A stretch of DNA of 64,000 nucleotides from a virus (IMGVR_UViG_3300025450_001231), one strand, 5' to 3'. Positions 39,301-53,900 are shown, counted from the first letter of the stretch. Made by a program: numbers and translations. Notes: a model not told the origin generated them from the letters alone.

Positions 39301-41470
39301 TCATTATAATGTAAATTGGGGAGATGGCGGGTTCAGCAATGCAGTTACTACAGTAACTCCTAGTTATACATATACCAATAATGCACTAAGTCCATTTACA
39401 GTTTCTGTTACTGCTTATAATAATCTTGGTTATGGTGCTGGTAGTAGTGCTAGTTTTACACGTACGAATTATATTGTAATTTATACTGCTGATCCTGTTA
39501 TGGGATTTGGACTGTACAGAGCAAATGTTGGCGGGTCTTCGTTGTCCGGCAACAATCTTTATACCAATATTGGCCAACCGATTTATCTACAGAACAGTAC
39601 AACAAACACAACAATGGCCAATGTTACTTACACTATTAACTTTGGTGACGGTACTGCAAATGCAGGTGTAAGTAGTGATAGTCAACCCGGCGGTGTGTTA
39701 GGTAGTAGATATGCTTACACCTACAGTAACAGCAGTGGAACAAGTCAAGATACTGTTACATTAACACTGACCAGTCACACCACTGCAAATCCTGCAAGTA
39801 TTCCAAGGAATACTACTGCATTGCTAAAAGTATACAATCCAAATATTTCAGCTCCAGATGGATTAAGTGCAAAAACAATTACCTTCACTGGTAATACTGG
39901 TACAGGTCCTTACTTGGCAGCAAACTTTGCCAATAATACCAACGGTGCAGTTACTATTACTGCTGGTAATCCTATTGCTAGAACCGTAGCAAATACTGGC
40001 ACAGTTAACACAGTAACAATGTCTTCTTATGCTTATAATGCATCAGCTGGTACATTGTCTGCTTATGTAAACAACAGTAATAACGGAAATGTTTCATTGT
40101 CAATAAGTGACAACTCCAGCACATATGGTGCATTGGTTGTTGCTGGCGAAAGTGATTATAATTTATTAACCAATGCAGGTGTGTCGACTACTTTTGCAGC
40201 ATCGACTTATGCACCTGGGCTATATCAAGGCTTTGAAGCATACATTGCTGCAAATGCCAGCACATTGAACAGTGGCGTAAACAATTTCAAATTATCACAT
40301 TCTACCACAGGTAATACAAATGTTGTGGAATTTGCCAAAGACTTTTTAACAGTTACTCCGTCAATTGATTTAACCAGTGCACACATTTATGAAAGTGCTG
40401 CTGGTACATATAGATATATTTCTGGTATACCTTATTATAATACAGGTAGCCCTCAGGTTACTGTTAGCGGTGTCAAAATATACAATTGGATTGGTCAAAC
40501 ATATTCTGGACCAGTTAGTTCAGTAAATCCATTTACTGTAAATCCTGGAACAAATATAGAAAGCACTAGCGGTAATATTATTGTTTCCCAGACCAAAACT
40601 TATGGTAACTTGGACGGTAATGTAACATATTTGAGCGGAGGAGTTCCATTGGCGAATACTGGAACTGTTAGCAGCTATTCCATTGGAAATCAAACTGTAA
40701 ATATCGGAGGTGTTGCCAGTACTGCAGCAGTTCAAACATTGGCTTTTGTTGCCAACAATGTAAACGGAACAGGTACCAGTTCAACTTATGCAACAGCAAA
40801 CATACAGGTGTTTAATGCTACTCCGTCGGGATTTGTTGAAACTGCAATACCTTGTACAATAACCGATACCAATGGTGCAAATGCTGCTCCTGCAATTCGT
40901 ATAGTAATAAGTGGAGCCAGTGGAGCAACGCCTGCGTATTCTAGTAGTACAAATTATTATGCAAACCGTGTATGGAGTGGAGCACAAACAGTTGCTGGAA
41001 CCGATGAAGCAGTAGTTCGTTGGAATCAATTAAAATTCTTTAACACAGATTTAAGTACAGGCTACTTGCCAGTGGGACCAAACTTAGCCACTGGTCGTAG
41101 TAGCGGGTACCAATACTTCCGTGGTGCGTTTGCTCGTACAGGGCGCAATAGTTGGAATGTTACTATTACTGGAAAAATATCTGGACTAAAATTTGCAGTG
41201 CCAGGTACCAGCATAGACACACTGCCTTATACCACCAATGGTTGGTTAGATGCTACAGTTGCATATTACGGATCTGGTGTTGCTGGAGCATTTACTAGTG
41301 GGTGTGCAACCTCTACTCCAGTTCCGATAAGTACAGTAATATCTGGGACAACTTACGGAATAACATTAGGTACAGGTAGTACAAGTGCCCCGGGCAATAC
41401 TGGTAACCAAGTTTTATTCAGTATTGTATTGGGTCCTACAGATTATATAACCTCTTGGAGTTTTAGTTAA
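36356..41470 (+). CDS. long tail fibre/baseplate-attached protein with gp9/gp10-like N-terminus and PKD-like domains (1704 aa)
   Basis: [32 protein letters not shown]-terminal anchor; repeated [11 protein letters not shown]; NVNWGDG and TINFGDG PKD motifs. TAAATA at 36326-36331. Confidence 0.75.
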   Translation: MTQQIINLGTGPNTQTGETILTAFVKVNDNFTELYAALQGNGADNLIGNTITANNFVTTGNIRTGNIAAYGNIATIGNIIASGFFYPNGKSILGTDAINTDLLPLTGNIFSIGSNAYPWAAATIANSITLGGHVLEFNAQNILTVDGIPFRGSYSDANVAAYLPYYGGPITVSNIYINSTDITTDGTHLFVNGSLVAGNYNNSNVAAFLPTYGGQISASNIDLGGYGITTDGNTIYLNGKSIQSNYGDANVRALLPTYSGNLNSINGITASNLTANNASISNVLYLDTSTITAVKNTLYVNGVPITGTYTNLSVAAYLDTYLPAHSGNLNAIDNLNANTANIYQTLYLNGSALTVVNNQLFANGVPITETYSNTNVHSYLPTYTGTLNNLTSVSSNVLVATANLVLDGATLTVVNNQLYSNGIPISGTYSNANVAQYLPIYFGNMNLVNNLTANIVETVKNLVLDSTSEVVGNIIPSLDLTYTLGNTTNRFKSLYVGGNTIYIGNQSISSNATQITLSNAVSTGNGFFGGNVYISGFANVTGDITANNINANTNILAGGKVAVVGTIDADSNITGANLISNGTVSTGTLTVATTATVTGNATVGNLITSGNISGVNTLFANAANLIGNLTAGNLTSAGTLTIGTITANGNITTTGSINSTGGITGGNITSNGYVSTSTLYVASTANIASNLTAGNISTLGNVAAGYFIGNGSLLTGIDATQIRYQLLSNVKVGSDGNITFSTNTNPNTAVFSDQAFTFYRDLFVDGNIVATGSITANGNLILGNAATDTVQFGAEVSSDILPSLTLTYNLGSPANQWKGIYAGTANVTTLTASGNITAGNIATNGSANIGTLTVTNTATISGNLSAGNISTLGNITANSVTATGNISAAYFSGTFVGNIVSNNLLGNTIPLGTPIDQNFVNGAIGTWTSTTSVTDAIDQLNEAMLNIQANTYVKSTSFIATPTSGGAGTLVTLTISSVGNPNHYNVNWGDGGFSNAVTTVTPSYTYTNNALSPFTVSVTAYNNLGYGAGSSASFTRTNYIVIYTADPVMGFGLYRANVGGSSLSGNNLYTNIGQPIYLQNSTTNTTMANVTYTINFGDGTANAGVSSDSQPGGVLGSRYAYTYSNSSGTSQDTVTLTLTSHTTANPASIPRNTTALLKVYNPNISAPDGLSAKTITFTGNTGTGPYLAANFANNTNGAVTITAGNPIARTVANTGTVNTVTMSSYAYNASAGTLSAYVNNSNNGNVSLSISDNSSTYGALVVAGESDYNLLTNAGVSTTFAASTYAPGLYQGFEAYIAANASTLNSGVNNFKLSHSTTGNTNVVEFAKDFLTVTPSIDLTSAHIYESAAGTYRYISGIPYYNTGSPQVTVSGVKIYNWIGQTYSGPVSSVNPFTVNPGTNIESTSGNIIVSQTKTYGNLDGNVTYLSGGVPLANTGTVSSYSIGNQTVNIGGVASTAAVQTLAFVANNVNGTGTSSTYATANIQVFNATPSGFVETAIPCTITDTNGANAAPAIRIVISGASGATPAYSSSTNYYANRVWSGAQTVAGTDEAVVRWNQLKFFNTDLSTGYLPVGPNLATGRSSGYQYFRGAFARTGRNSWNVTITGKISGLKFAVPGTSIDTLPYTTNGWLDATVAYYGSGVAGAFTSGCATSTPVPISTVISGTTYGITLGTGSTSAPGNTGNQVLFSIVLGPTDYITSWSFS

Positions 41471-44400
41471 TGGCAGTCTCAGATACACAAAAAGTTGATT
41501 ACCTTTGGAAAAAGATAGGTTATGGCGCGACTAAAACCACGCTAGGTAATCTGAGACAAGGGTATGAGGAGCCGAATCCAAGCCCTTTGTTGTTACGTGG
41601 TGACCACGTATGGACACAGTCTGGACAGATCCCTACTCCAATTCCCAGTGCCAACACCAGTATTGTTGCAGTTTACAATAATAGTTTGAATAATGTTGTC
41701 CAGTGTACAATGGATAATACTGTTCTTACCAACATCACTTGGAATACTGGTCTGACAAATTGGATTCCTCCAGAAATAGATCCCAGCTATTTACTACAGG
41801 TATTCATTGCCAACAGCACCGGCATTAACGGAAATTTATCAGGTAAGTCATACACACAAATACAAGCCGCTGGAATTAACAACGACGGTTGGTTCTTTGA
41901 TTACCAGTCTGGTATATTAAACTTCAATGATGCTAATGTTCCCGCTGGATTAATCACTGGTAAAAGCATTTATGTAACCGGTGCACGATATACTGGACAA
42001 TTTGGTGTAACTGGCACCAGTACTGGATCTTTTGGTAATCTTTCTTTTGCTAATACTACTATTAGCACTACCAGTACCAACGGTAATTTGGTATTATCTC
42101 CCAACGGTACTGGGGTAGTTTATATACAAAATGGTGCAGTAGTTAATGGCAATGTAACTGCCAATTACTTTATCGGTAACGGTGCTTACTTAACCAATGT
42201 TCCTGCTAATTCTATTACAGGATTAGATTTAAGTAGAATCTATAACGGTAATACCAATGTTGCAACTTATGCAGACGGTAATGCCACTATCAGCAGTTAC
42301 GGCTACGGAAATATTGCAACATTTAATAATACTGCAATTACCTTTTATAGAGACTTTAATGTAGCAGGAAATATTGTTGCAACTGGTAGTATTACTGCTA
42401 ACGGCAATTTGATATTAGGTAACAGAACAACTGATACAGTTGTGTTTGGAGCAGAAGTCAATAGTGATATTATACCGTCGATCACCAATACATATAATCT
42501 TGGTAATGTTTCTTATCAGTGGAATGCCATTTATTCGCAGTCTGGTTACATATCTGCAAATCTTACAGCCGGTAATATCAGTACTGGTGCATTGTCAGCT
42601 AATACTATTTCTGCCACTGGCAATTTGTCTGCAGGAAATATAACAACAACTGGCACACTAACTGCTGGTAATATTAACAGCAACGGAACAATAACTGCAG
42701 GATCTTTTGTTGGTAACTTTACCGGAAATATTACCGCTAACATTACAGCTGCAGGACAAGATACTTTTGTACTGTTTAACGACGGTGGTATAATAAGTGC
42801 AAATGCAGGGCTTGCATTTAGCAAAACCAGTAACTTGTTAGCAGTTGGTTCTACTGTTTTAGTTGGGTCCGGAATCGGCGGTAATGTAACAGGTGCAAAT
42901 TTAATTCTTGCTAATATAGTTGTTGCAAATAATACATTTACTGGACCGATTGGTGCAATTGCGCCAAACACTGCAATATTTACAAGCGAAAGTGTTAGCG
43001 GTAATTCTGTAGTAAACGGATTAACTGTTAACACCAGTGCAGTAATTGGCACAACATTACAAGCAAAAAGCGGATTACAAAATACAGTAATTGGTAATGT
43101 AACACCCAACACTGGTAATTTTACTAATATAACCGCAAGTGCAGGCGCCAATGTTACAGGAAATCTTACTGTAGATAGTATAACAGTCAATAGTTCTGTA
43201 GTAACAGGTAGAACATTACAAGCATTGGGCGGCATACAAAATACAGCAATTGGTAATAGTTATGCTAGTACCGGTTCTTTTACTACACTAACATCTGGTG
43301 GATTGGTAACATTTAATACTGGATACGATTCAGGCACTAGTTATATTAATGGTACTAGTCAAAATACTTTTGCAGTCCGCGGCGAGCAAGTTGGCGTTAA
43401 CACCATTAGTTGGGTACCAAATGCAAGTTTCCAAATTAACGGTACAGATAGTTTATTATTACCAGTAGGTAATGTATTACAAAGACCAGCAACTGCAACT
43501 GCTGGTATGATAAGATACAATTCTCTTTTGAATAATATAGAATGGTTTGATGGTAATGTATGGACAGTTCCTATTACATCATTTAGTGTAGCCACTTCTA
43601 ATATTCAATACGGAGACGGATCAAGTACACGATTCACATTGCCTGTTGGTAATGCAACTACTGCAGGTACTATGGTTAGTATCAATGGTATTGTACAAGA
43701 ACCTATTAATTCGTATACTGTGACTGATTCTTATGTAGATTTTACAGAAGCACCATTGGATACTGATGTAATTGATTTTAGAATATTTACATTAACTCCG
43801 TCTGTTATAGTTGATGCAGGTAATATTAGTAATATTAGTTTTAGTGGCGGAGGCGGAGCAGCTGCAACAGTAGTCGGTAATACGGCACCTACAAGTCCTA
43901 CAATAGGACAATTATGGTATGATAATTCAACAGGACGAACATACATATATTATTCTGGAAGTTGGGTAGAAGCTAATCCAAGCGCACCAGGACCCAGTGG
44001 GCCACAAGGTCCAATTGGTAGTACTGGCCCAAGCGGACCACAAGGGCCTTCTGGCCCAAGCGGACCTCCCGGACCCAGTGGCGGACCAAGCGGAGCACAA
44101 GGACCACAAGGACCAACAGGGACTGCCGGACCACAAGGACCAACAGGGACTGCCGGACCACAAGGACCAACAGGGACTGCCGGACCACAAGGACCACAAG
44201 GACCAACAGGGACTGCCGGACCACAAGGACCACAAGGACCAACAGGGACTGCCGGACCACAAGGACCAACTGGCACGTTTTCAGGCACATTAACTGCCAA
44301 TATTAACGGCGCAGGATACACACTTACCAATGTGTCTACAGTTACTAGTACTGGTAATATAACTGCTAACAATATAGTAAGTAATACATTTACCTATGCT

Positions 44401-45417
44401 AACGGTGTCAGTATATTAACAGGAATTGTTGCAGGCGGAACAAATTACAGCAATGCTAATGTATTTTCCTATCTAGGATCAAACAGCAATGTTGCTATAA
44501 CTACCACTGGAAATGTGACTGCTAATAATTTTATAGGTAACGGTGCAAATTTAACCGGCTTAAATTATAACCAGACTGGTAATATCTATGGAACACAACC
44601 CAATGTAACATTAGTCGCTGGTAATTATTCATATGTTTTTGATAACACAGGTAATTTGACTATTCCTTCAGGCGGGGACATTTTGTTGCCTACTGCTAAT
44701 TCTACAATTACAATGACCGGTAATATTGTTGTTGGTAATGTTATTGCTGCTGGATCAAGCGGACCCAAGACACGTTTCTTATGGGACACTTGGCAAGCTA
44801 ATTCTACATCGGCATTGAGCTCATTTACTCCAAGTGGTACCATTGGTGGTAATGCTACCTGGGATAGCACACAAGCATATGGATTAAAACTAACCACAAC
44901 AAGTACTTCACAGTCTGGCTACATTAACTGGAACAGTAGTACAATCAATTATAACTATGATATGGTTATAACTGCTAGTATTGGTGCTAGTGGAGGAACC
45001 GGTGCAGATGGACAATGGATCTACTTTGGATCTAATGCTGCCATCACAGGTAATCCCGGTAATACCACCACTTATGGTGGCATTGCGGTTATGAACCATT
45101 ATTATAGTAGTTCAAGTCAGTTTGAAGTTTATGTTGGCGGTACACAAATTAATATTCCCTATATTGGTAACGGTAACTATGTAACATCTGGAGTTACATT
45201 ATGGAACGCCAGTTACACCAGTTTCTATAATCTAACACTGAAAATACGCAAGATACAGAACGGCAACCGTATGTTAGAAGTATATATCAATGAAATATAT
45301 CAAGGATCAGTCAACATTGGTAGTTGGACTCCATCTGGAAATTACTTTGGTGTAGCGGCATACACTGGAGGATCCACTGCTCAAAACTGGGTACGTCAAC
45401 TAAAGATAGATTGGTAA
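41470..45417 (+). CDS. tail fibre protein with short collagen tract and C-terminal legume-lectin-like domain (1315 aa)
   Basis: Coupled TAATG start; GXY tract 43990-44275; LKLT......SG.I.W...GADG..I.F...[11 protein letters not shown]-lectin pattern. Confidence 0.75.
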   Translation: MAVSDTQKVDYLWKKIGYGATKTTLGNLRQGYEEPNPSPLLLRGDHVWTQSGQIPTPIPSANTSIVAVYNNSLNNVVQCTMDNTVLTNITWNTGLTNWIPPEIDPSYLLQVFIANSTGINGNLSGKSYTQIQAAGINNDGWFFDYQSGILNFNDANVPAGLITGKSIYVTGARYTGQFGVTGTSTGSFGNLSFANTTISTTSTNGNLVLSPNGTGVVYIQNGAVVNGNVTANYFIGNGAYLTNVPANSITGLDLSRIYNGNTNVATYADGNATISSYGYGNIATFNNTAITFYRDFNVAGNIVATGSITANGNLILGNRTTDTVVFGAEVNSDIIPSITNTYNLGNVSYQWNAIYSQSGYISANLTAGNISTGALSANTISATGNLSAGNITTTGTLTAGNINSNGTITAGSFVGNFTGNITANITAAGQDTFVLFNDGGIISANAGLAFSKTSNLLAVGSTVLVGSGIGGNVTGANLILANIVVANNTFTGPIGAIAPNTAIFTSESVSGNSVVNGLTVNTSAVIGTTLQAKSGLQNTVIGNVTPNTGNFTNITASAGANVTGNLTVDSITVNSSVVTGRTLQALGGIQNTAIGNSYASTGSFTTLTSGGLVTFNTGYDSGTSYINGTSQNTFAVRGEQVGVNTISWVPNASFQINGTDSLLLPVGNVLQRPATATAGMIRYNSLLNNIEWFDGNVWTVPITSFSVATSNIQYGDGSSTRFTLPVGNATTAGTMVSINGIVQEPINSYTVTDSYVDFTEAPLDTDVIDFRIFTLTPSVIVDAGNISNISFSGGGGAAATVVGNTAPTSPTIGQLWYDNSTGRTYIYYSGSWVEANPSAPGPSGPQGPIGSTGPSGPQGPSGPSGPPGPSGGPSGAQGPQGPTGTAGPQGPTGTAGPQGPTGTAGPQGPQGPTGTAGPQGPQGPTGTAGPQGPTGTFSGTLTANINGAGYTLTNVSTVTSTGNITANNIVSNTFTYANGVSILTGIVAGGTNYSNANVFSYLGSNSNVAITTTGNVTANNFIGNGANLTGLNYNQTGNIYGTQPNVTLVAGNYSYVFDNTGNLTIPSGGDILLPTANSTITMTGNIVVGNVIAAGSSGPKTRFLWDTWQANSTSALSSFTPSGTIGGNATWDSTQAYGLKLTTTSTSQSGYINWNSSTINYNYDMVITASIGASGGTGADGQWIYFGSNAAITGNPGNTTTYGGIAVMNHYYSSSSQFEVYVGGTQINIPYIGNGNYVTSGVTLWNASYTSFYNLTLKIRKIQNGNRMLEVYINEIYQGSVNIGSWTPSGNYFGVAAYTGGSTAQNWVRQLKIDW
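44101..44270 (+). repeat. perfect 27-nt tandem repeat GGACCACAAGGACCAACAGGGACTGCC (GPQGPTGTA), five copies, two with an extra 9-nt GPQ
   Basis: Read directly from the sequence; copies are identical. Confidence 0.9.
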
Positions 45418-45418
45418 T

Positions 45419-46135
45419 ATGATAATTTCTGGTGTCAATCTAATTAATGTTGGGTATGTGCGGGACACACCGCCTATCGTTACCTCAGGAACATTGCTAT
45501 ATCTTGATGCCGGTAATTCGGCTAGTTATCCAGGTACAGGCGGTACTTGGTATGATCTAAGCGGAAATAACAATAATACTTTTTCATCAAGCAATACAGT
45601 ATTCAATTCAGCCAATGGCGGATATTTTAATTTTACTGACCCAGGATGGTTTCAAACAACCAGTTCAAAATATAATGTAACATACACTGGTAAGAGTATT
45701 TTTATGGCTGGTAAACTAACTGGTGCCATGGGATCTGGCACATACCGTTGTTTGTTTGGTAGCAACGGAGCCAATAGAAATTTCAATTTGTATTTTTATT
45801 ATACAGGTAGTGCATACGAATTACATTTTGCACAAGGTTATGGCGGTGGCTCGGGAGGCATAAGCACTCCGTTGACTTATACTTTTGGTAACTGGTTTAC
45901 CTGTGGAGTCACAATGACTACGGATGGCACAATAACTTACTACTTTAACGGCCAGCAGGTCAGTATATCATCTGGAACATTTTATCAATATCTAACTACA
46001 ACCAGTGAGAACGTTGGGGCAAGCGATAACTATTGGTCTGGTCCTATCAGTGTAACAGCAGTATACAGTAGAGCATTATCGTCTGCAGAAATGCTACAGA
46101 ATCACAACTCAGTTCGATCAAGATACGGTTTGTAG
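45419..46135 (+). CDS. ConA/LamG-like lectin-glucanase domain protein (238 aa)
   Basis: [25 protein letters not shown]...YYFNG...[21 protein letters not shown]. Confidence 0.85.
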   Translation: MIISGVNLINVGYVRDTPPIVTSGTLLYLDAGNSASYPGTGGTWYDLSGNNNNTFSSSNTVFNSANGGYFNFTDPGWFQTTSSKYNVTYTGKSIFMAGKLTGAMGSGTYRCLFGSNGANRNFNLYFYYTGSAYELHFAQGYGGGSGGISTPLTYTFGNWFTCGVTMTTDGTITYYFNGQQVSISSGTFYQYLTTTSENVGASDNYWSGPISVTAVYSRALSSAEMLQNHNSVRSRYGL

Positions 46136-46163
46136 TATATAAGTATTAATAATAGGAACAAAA

Positions 46164-47039
46164 ATGCCATTAAATTTTCCAGGATCAGCAACAACAGGTG
46201 CAACATATACCGGACCGAACGGAGTTATATACACTTTTGACGGAAATGTTTGGAATGGTTCGGCTCCTACTGTTACTGGACCACAAGGTCCAATTGGTAA
46301 CGCTGGACCACAAGGACCACAAGGTCCGATTGGTAATGTTGGCCCGAGTGGCCCAAGCGGAGTACAAGGACCACAAGGACCACAAGGTCCCATTGGTAAT
46401 ACTGGGCCACAAGGGCCTTCAGGTGGAGGTTCACAAGGACCACAAGGACCTCAAGGACCACTTGGTAATGCAGGACCGCAAGGACCACAGGGACCAATTG
46501 GTAATATTGGACCACAAGGGCCACAAGGCCCACAAGGAACTGTAGGATCACAAGGCCCTCAGGGACCAATCGGTAATACAGGAGCCCAAGGACCACAAGG
46601 CCCAACCGGACCTAACGCCAATCAAACTTTGAACACCAGTAGTTCTGTTACTTTTGCTGGAATTACCAGTACTGGCACAATAACAGGTAATGCAAACAGT
46701 AGTGCAACTACATCAACTGGTGTTGGTTATATTGGGATGCCACAAAATACGCAAAGCAGTAATTATACACTGGCATTGACAGACCAAGGTAGCCAACTTT
46801 ATATAACTGGAACTTCAACCTTAACTATCCCAGCAAATAGTAGTGTAGCATTTCCAATTGGGGCCACTGTGGTAATTATAGCAGGACCTAGTGCCACTGT
46901 AACAATATCTTGCGGAGATACTATGTATTTGGCTATATCTGGTACCACTGGATCTCGCACATTAGCAGCATATGGTATGGCAACTGCAACTAAAGTTGCC
47001 AGTACAACTTGGTACATCACTGGCGGGGGATTGACCTAA
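46164..47039 (+). CDS. collagen-like minor fibre protein (291 aa)
   Basis: GXY tract plus C-terminal [13 protein letters not shown]...[17 protein letters not shown] domain; TAAGTA variant motif at 46140-46145. Confidence 0.8.
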   Translation: MPLNFPGSATTGATYTGPNGVIYTFDGNVWNGSAPTVTGPQGPIGNAGPQGPQGPIGNVGPSGPSGVQGPQGPQGPIGNTGPQGPSGGGSQGPQGPQGPLGNAGPQGPQGPIGNIGPQGPQGPQGTVGSQGPQGPIGNTGAQGPQGPTGPNANQTLNTSSSVTFAGITSTGTITGNANSSATTSTGVGYIGMPQNTQSSNYTLALTDQGSQLYITGTSTLTIPANSSVAFPIGATVVIIAGPSATVTISCGDTMYLAISGTTGSRTLAAYGMATATKVASTTWYITGGGLT

Positions 47040-47782
47040 TGTCAGGTATAATGTTGGCATCTTCGGGTATACTTTCTTCCAAACAGCATAGTGGATTCTA
47101 CGGACCTGCACCAAGTTTATACTCTCTTTCTGCCAGTGCGTATAATGTACAAGTTACGCTACCTGCCAATGGCCTACTTATATATACATTTTGTGGTATA
47201 GTACAAACAGGCTACGGATTTTCTATATCAAATGTAATATTCGGTAATAGTACGAGACCATTTACACAGAGATACGGCACTGGTAGTGTAGCAGGTACTG
47301 GTGGCAACTATGATTTTATTTTATATTACTATGTAAACAAAACTGGTTCTTCGATTACAGGATATATTAGTAGAACTCTTTCATTACCTACCAATAATTC
47401 ATTGGCAGAATCTTGGCAAGTGTTTACTGGAGTAAATCCATCAAATCCATTTTATACTTCTTCTACTAGCACTAGTGGTAGTTATACTGGGATATCTGGA
47501 AATTTTGGATATCCTAGTATCTCATTAAGTAACATACCAGCATACACTACGCCTATTGTATATTTTGCTGGTAAAAGCGGCTTAAATGCCAAAGCAATAA
47601 CTGGATGGACGTCAACTGCGTCTTCCGCAGGATCGTATTCAGGGTATACTTGTAGCCAAATGGGATTCTACAAACAGTACACCACTGCTACATCTTCAGA
47701 TGCGGCCACAATGACTACTCAAGTAGGAACAACCGCCACTCCTACTTTTTATGCCTGGGATATATTACAACCGGCGTCATAA
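47039..47782 (+). CDS. hypothetical beta-rich virion protein (247 aa, start reassigned to the coupled ATG 47039)
   Basis: TAATG overlap with the upstream stop, in frame with ORF 47009-47782. Confidence 0.7.
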   Translation: MSGIMLASSGILSSKQHSGFYGPAPSLYSLSASAYNVQVTLPANGLLIYTFCGIVQTGYGFSISNVIFGNSTRPFTQRYGTGSVAGTGGNYDFILYYYVNKTGSSITGYISRTLSLPTNNSLAESWQVFTGVNPSNPFYTSSTSTSGSYTGISGNFGYPSISLSNIPAYTTPIVYFAGKSGLNAKAITGWTSTASSAGSYSGYTCSQMGFYKQYTTATSSDAATMTTQVGTTATPTFYAWDILQPAS

Positions 47783-47948
47783 ATATTTTATGAAATAGAC
47801 TAATAATTTATGATTATAAGCAAGCGGCGTGGGTGGTGAAGTAAACTAAATTAGCAAGAAAAATCTTAAAAAAACCCAGTAAATTGCCCGCTTAGATATA
47901 AAATTTCAATTCATGCTAAATACACTATAATTAAAAGGTACCCGTAAA

Positions 47949-50900
47949 ATGGCACTAACCAGACCAACGCTAGAAAATATAAACAGTAACCTCGTTGAGC
48001 TTACTGACTCCCTAATAACACTTAACTATGCCAATGGATCCTCTGCAATCAGCAGAGACCAAGGTATTGTTTTTAATCGTGCAACACAAAGCAATGTTGC
48101 ACTGATTTGGAATGAATCCATCGGTGCATTCCGAACAGTATATACTACTGCAACAGGCAAAGAAAAAGGTAATATCTCTGTTACCAGCAACGCAGATTTT
48201 GTATTTGGTAATACAACACAATCTGGTGCATCAACAATTGCAGGTATCTTAACTGTAACTAATAGTACACTATCAAGCAGTACTAGCAGTGGTGCAGTTG
48301 TTGTGTCTGGCGGTTTAGGTGTTGCTGGCAACATTTATTCAGGTAGTTTATACACCAATAACATTAATTTAGCCAATGGTAGCCCATTATCTAGTAATTT
48401 AAGAATTACTGGCGATGCTACTGGTCAAGGTTTTGCGTATACAGGTACTGCTTCAGTTCCTTCAACCGTTAATATTACACTAGCAAGTACTGGTGTTACT
48501 GCTGGAAGTTACGGTAATTCTGTTTCTATCCCAACATTCACAGTTGATGCCAAAGGTAGACTAACTTCTGCAGGTTCTGTAGCATTAGTAGCATACAATG
48601 ATTATGCAGCTGATACTGGTACTCCTGCAAATATTGCGTTAGGTGGTACACTAACAATTGCTGGTACAGCAAATCAGATTTCAACTTCGGTAGCTGGTAA
48701 TACAATTACCATTGCTTTACCTAATTCCATTACTACTCCAGGCGACTTGTTCGTTACTGGTAATTTGGCTATTGCTGGTAATACAACTTATGTTACTGCA
48801 ATTACAGTTACAACAAATGATAAAACAACACACCTAGCCAATAATACTGCACAAGGTGCAAGTTTAACTGGTGCTGGTTTGATTGTTGGTCAAGCAAATG
48901 CAGCTACTTTCTTATACGATGATACTACAACCAGCTGGCAGAGCAACTTAAACATTACTCCAACTGCTAATGCTACATTGAATTTAGGTGGTACTAGCAA
49001 TTACTGGAGTACTGGTTACTTCAATGCTATTCAAGCACCTAGTATTACTGGTGTATTGCAAACTGCAGCTCAACCAAATATTACTAGCTTAGGTACAATT
49101 ACTAATTTAACAGTTAGTGGAACAGTAACTGCTTCGACAGTAAATGCTGCCACAATTGGTAACACTGGTGCTACTTTAACTGGTACATTAAGCACAAATG
49201 CACAACCAAATATTACATCAGTTGGTACATTAACTGGTTTAACATTAAGAGGTACTTTATACGGTACTAGTGTCCAAGCTCAATCGTTTGGAAATTTAGG
49301 CGCAACTTTTAGCGGTGATACATTCTCTGCAGTTAGCGGATTCCAAGGCCCATTAAATGGTACATTGGGTTCAGCTGGTGGCAATACTGCCATTGTCAGC
49401 ACACTGAGTGCTACAGGCAATGCAACAGTTAATTCATTGAGCGTTAACAACTCAGCTACTATTACTGGTACATTGGGTGTAACTGGAAACACAACAGTTG
49501 CTAATTTATCTGTAACTGGCATATTAAATGCTCCGAGTATTAGTCTAAGCGGTGGTTTGCAAAATACTCCAATTGGTAATGCAATACCAAGCACAGGCAA
49601 TTTTACAACATTAACTGCAAACACTGAAAGTGTAAGTGGTAACTCTACTGTAAATGGCTTAACAGTCAATACTAGTGCAGTTGTTGGTACAACACTACAA
49701 GCTCAAGGCGGCTTACAAAATACAGTAATTGGTAATGTTACTCCAACTACTGCTTATTTCACTACTGCTTATGCAGGTACACTAAATGCTGCACAAATTG
49801 GTAATACTGGTGCATTGTTAACTGGTACATTAGATTCTGCTAGCGGTGTTCAAAGCAATATTACTACTGTTGGTACATTAGGTAACTTAACAGTAACAAA
49901 CACAATTAACGCAAACAAAGTTCAAGCAAGTGTAATTGGTAACACCGGTGCTGCATTACAAGGTGCAACAGTTACAGCTTCTACTGCTATTCTTGGCCCA
50001 GTTGGTGTAGGCGGAGCAAATGTTGGTTTCTTTACAGACATTAATGCTTCTGGTAATGTAACTGCAGCTACTATTGTTAGCAATGGTTCAGTTACTGGTA
50101 CTTCTGCACAATTTACTACAATTAACGGTAGTGGCAATTTAACAGTTGACGGTTTAACTGTTAATACTAGTGCAGTAATTGGCACAACATTACAAGCAGT
50201 TGCTGGTATCCAAAATACCCCAATTGGTAATGTAACTGCCAGTTCAGGTCGGTTTACTACAATTGCTGGTAGCAGTACATTAAATGTTGGCGGAACTGCC
50301 ACAGTTAACGCATTGACCAGTAACGGAGCAGTTACAGGTACTACTGCACAATTTACTACAGTCAACGGTAGTGCAAATGCTACAGTTGATGGATTGAGTG
50401 TTAATAATTCAGTTACAATCGGAACTACATTAGGAGTTTCTGGTGCTACATCATTGGCCAATGTTACTGCTGGAAATGCAACAGTAACAGGCACATTAAC
50501 TACAAACGGCATTACAATTACAGGTGGTATTCAAAATACTCCAATTGGTAATGCTATTGCAAGTACTGGTACATTTACAACATTAACAGGTACAAGTTTC
50601 AATACTAGCGGTAATGCAACAATCAATGCATTGAGTGTTAATAATACAGCTACTATCGGAAGCACATTAAGTGCAAGCAGCTTGGAAAATACACCAATTG
50701 GTACAATTACTCCTGCAACAGGTACATTCACAACATTGATTGGTACAACAGAAAGTATCAGCGGTAATGCAGTAGTAAATGGATTAACAGTCAATACTAG
50801 TGCAGTAGTTGGTACAACGCTACAAGCAGTTGCTGGTATCCAAAATACAGTAATTGGTAATGTACAAGCAACTTCTGCTAACTTTACAGTTGTTAATGCT

Positions 50901-53900
50901 AGCGGAATAATTAATGCTGGTTCTGGAATTAGAACTACTGGCAATATTATTCCTACTGCAGATTTAACATACACATTAGGAAATTCAACAAATAGATTTA
51001 AGAGTCTATATGTTGGCGGAAATACAATTTACATCGGTACTGCTAATATCAGCTTAGATAATAACGGCAATGTATTGATTAACTCAGGTATCGGCAATCA
51101 AATTAATTTGTCAAATACTGGTGTATCATTGACTTCGTTTAACACTGATATCAGTAGCGGAGTATTATACGGTAACTTGATTGGTACATATGCTAATGTT
51201 ACTAATCTATATGCACAAAACGGTACATTCGGAGTAGGAGTCGCTACAGGCACATTGAATGCCAATGCTAATGCTACGGTTAACGGACTAACTGTTAATA
51301 ACAGCGGCACATTTGGTACAACACTACAAGCAGTTGCTGGTATCCAAAATACGGTAATTGGTAATGTAACTGCAGCTGCTGGTTACTTTACAAACTTAAA
51401 TGCCACTCAAGCAATTAGTGGCGGTACAACATTAAACATTGGTGGAAATGCTACAGTTAATGCATTGGCAGTTAACAATTCAGCTACAGTTGGTGCAACA
51501 CTGCAAGCAGTTGCTGGTATCCAAAATACTGTAATTGGTAATGTAACTGCAGCTGATGGTTATTTTAATAATCTATATAGCACAAGTGTTAACAATAGCG
51601 GTAACCTAATAGTTAATGGCTTGACAGTCAACACAAGTGCAGTAATACAAGATACACTAAGTGCTGGTAGTTTAGAAAATACTCCAATCGGTACAGTTAC
51701 TCCTGCTACTGGTACATTTACTGACATCGTTGGTTCTACTGAAAGCGTTAGTGGTAATTCCACAGTTAACGGTTTAACTGTTAATACTAGTGCTACTATT
51801 GGTACAACATTGGGTGTTACTGGAAATGCTACAGTTGGTAACTTGATTACTGCAGGCTCTTCAGGAACTGGTAATATCAGTGGTGTAAACACAATATTTG
51901 CAATATCTGCAAACATCAGCGGAAACACTACAACTAATCAATTAACAGTTAATTCTAATGCAACAATTGGCGGAACATTGGGTGTTACTGGCGGTAACGT
52001 AAATATTGCATCAGGCTACTATTTGGTAGGTAATATTGCTGGTTCAATATCTGGTGCAGTCAGTGCAGCAGGTAATGATACACAAGTTCAATATAATAAC
52101 AGCGGATTGATTGGCGCTAATGCAGGATTTAGATTTACTTCAAGTACTGCTACATTAAATGTAAATGGTAGTGTAGTTACTGACACAGTAAATGCAGCTA
52201 CTATTGGTAACACAGGGGCTGCATTAACAGGTGCAACATTGGCAACTAGCAGTACTGCTACAGTTGGTGATTCATTAACTGTACAGGCCAACGCAACAAT
52301 CAATGCATTGAGTGTTAATAATACCGCTACAATTGGTAGTACATTGAGTGCAAGCAGCATAGAAAATACACCAATTGGTACAATTACACCAAATACTGGT
52401 GCATTTACTACAGTTAACGCCAGCGGAACTGCTACAGTTAACGTATTGCATAGTAACGGAGCAGTTACCGGTACTGCAATTACTGGTAGCGGAAATGCTA
52501 CAGTTAATGCATTAAGTGTTAATAACTCTACTACAGTAGGTGGTACATTAAGTGCTACTGCTGGTATCCAAAATACAGTAATTGGTAATGTAACTGCAGC
52601 TGCTGGTTACTTTACAAACTTGAATAGCACAAGCCTTAACGATAGTGGCAATGCTACTGTTGACGGTTTAACAGTTAATACTAGTGCAGTAATTGGAACT
52701 ACATTGGAAGTTCAAGGTAACATCCAAGCTGGTAACATTTCAGCCAATGGCTTAGAGTCTTCAAGCACAGTTAGTGTACTTGGAGTACAAAATTCAACTG
52801 GTGTAGGTACTGGTGCATTGACTGTTGTTGGTGGCGCAAGTATTAGTAAAGATTTGTATGTTGGTGGTACATTGTATGTTCCAAATCTTGCATCAACAAA
52901 TTCTACAATACTAAGTATAACCGATCCATTGTTGTATTTGACTGCTAATACACCATATCCATACAATTATGAAATTGGTATTTACAGTCACTATATTGGT
53001 GGCACATATGCTGATGCTAATGCAAATGTATATCAACATACTGGTTTGGTACGTGACCACGCAGACATGACTTGGTATTTGTTCAGTAATGCAGCTGAAC
53101 CCGGTGGTGGATTAGTTGATGTAACAAATCCTAATGTACAACTCGATTCTTTACACATTGGATCATTGTTTAGCTCTGCTATCTATGGTAGCAGCACATT
53201 AGATGTCCAAGCAAATGCTACCGTAAATGCATTGACAGTTAACAATTCTGCTACAATGTCTACATTGGGTGTAAGCGGAACTGCTACAATGGCTAATGCT
53301 ACAGTAACAGGTACATTAACTACAAATGGTATTACAATTACCGGCGGTATCCAAAATACTCCAATTGGTAATGCTACCCCAAATACAGGTACATTCACAA
53401 CATTGATCGGTACAACAGAAAGTATCAGTGGTAATGCAACAGTTAATGCAATGACTGTTAACACTAGTGCAACAGTTGGTAGCACATTAAATGCAGCTGG
53501 TGGTGTACAAAATACTCCAATTGGTAACGCAACACCAAACACTGGTACATTTACAAACATTATTGGTTCTACAGAAAGTATTAGTGGTAATGCAACAGTA
53601 AATGCACTAACAGTTAATACTAGTGCAACAACCGGTGGTACATTAAGTGCTGCAGGCGGATTGCAAAATACAATTATTGGTAATGGAACTGCAGCGGCAG
53701 CTACTGTAACAACATTGATTGCAACTACAGAAAGCGTAAGCGGCAATTCTACTGTAAACGGGTTGACTGTTAATACTAGTGCAACAACTGGTGGCACATT
53801 CAATGCAGCCGGTGGTGTACAAAATACCCCAATTGGTAATGCAACACCAAACACTGGTTTGTTTACAACATTGACATCAACAGGCAATACAACAGTAAAT

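Noticed and set aside
44101-44270. CRISPR-like direct repeats
   Set aside because: Repeats are contiguous, in-frame coding units with no unique spacers and no cas genes.
47783-47948. Long imperfect stem in the intergenic gap (AAGCGG/CCGCTT, TGGGT/ACCCA)
   Set aside because: Pairings are short and interrupted by a large A-rich loop, and lie upstream of the TAAATA motif; insufficient to call an RNA element.
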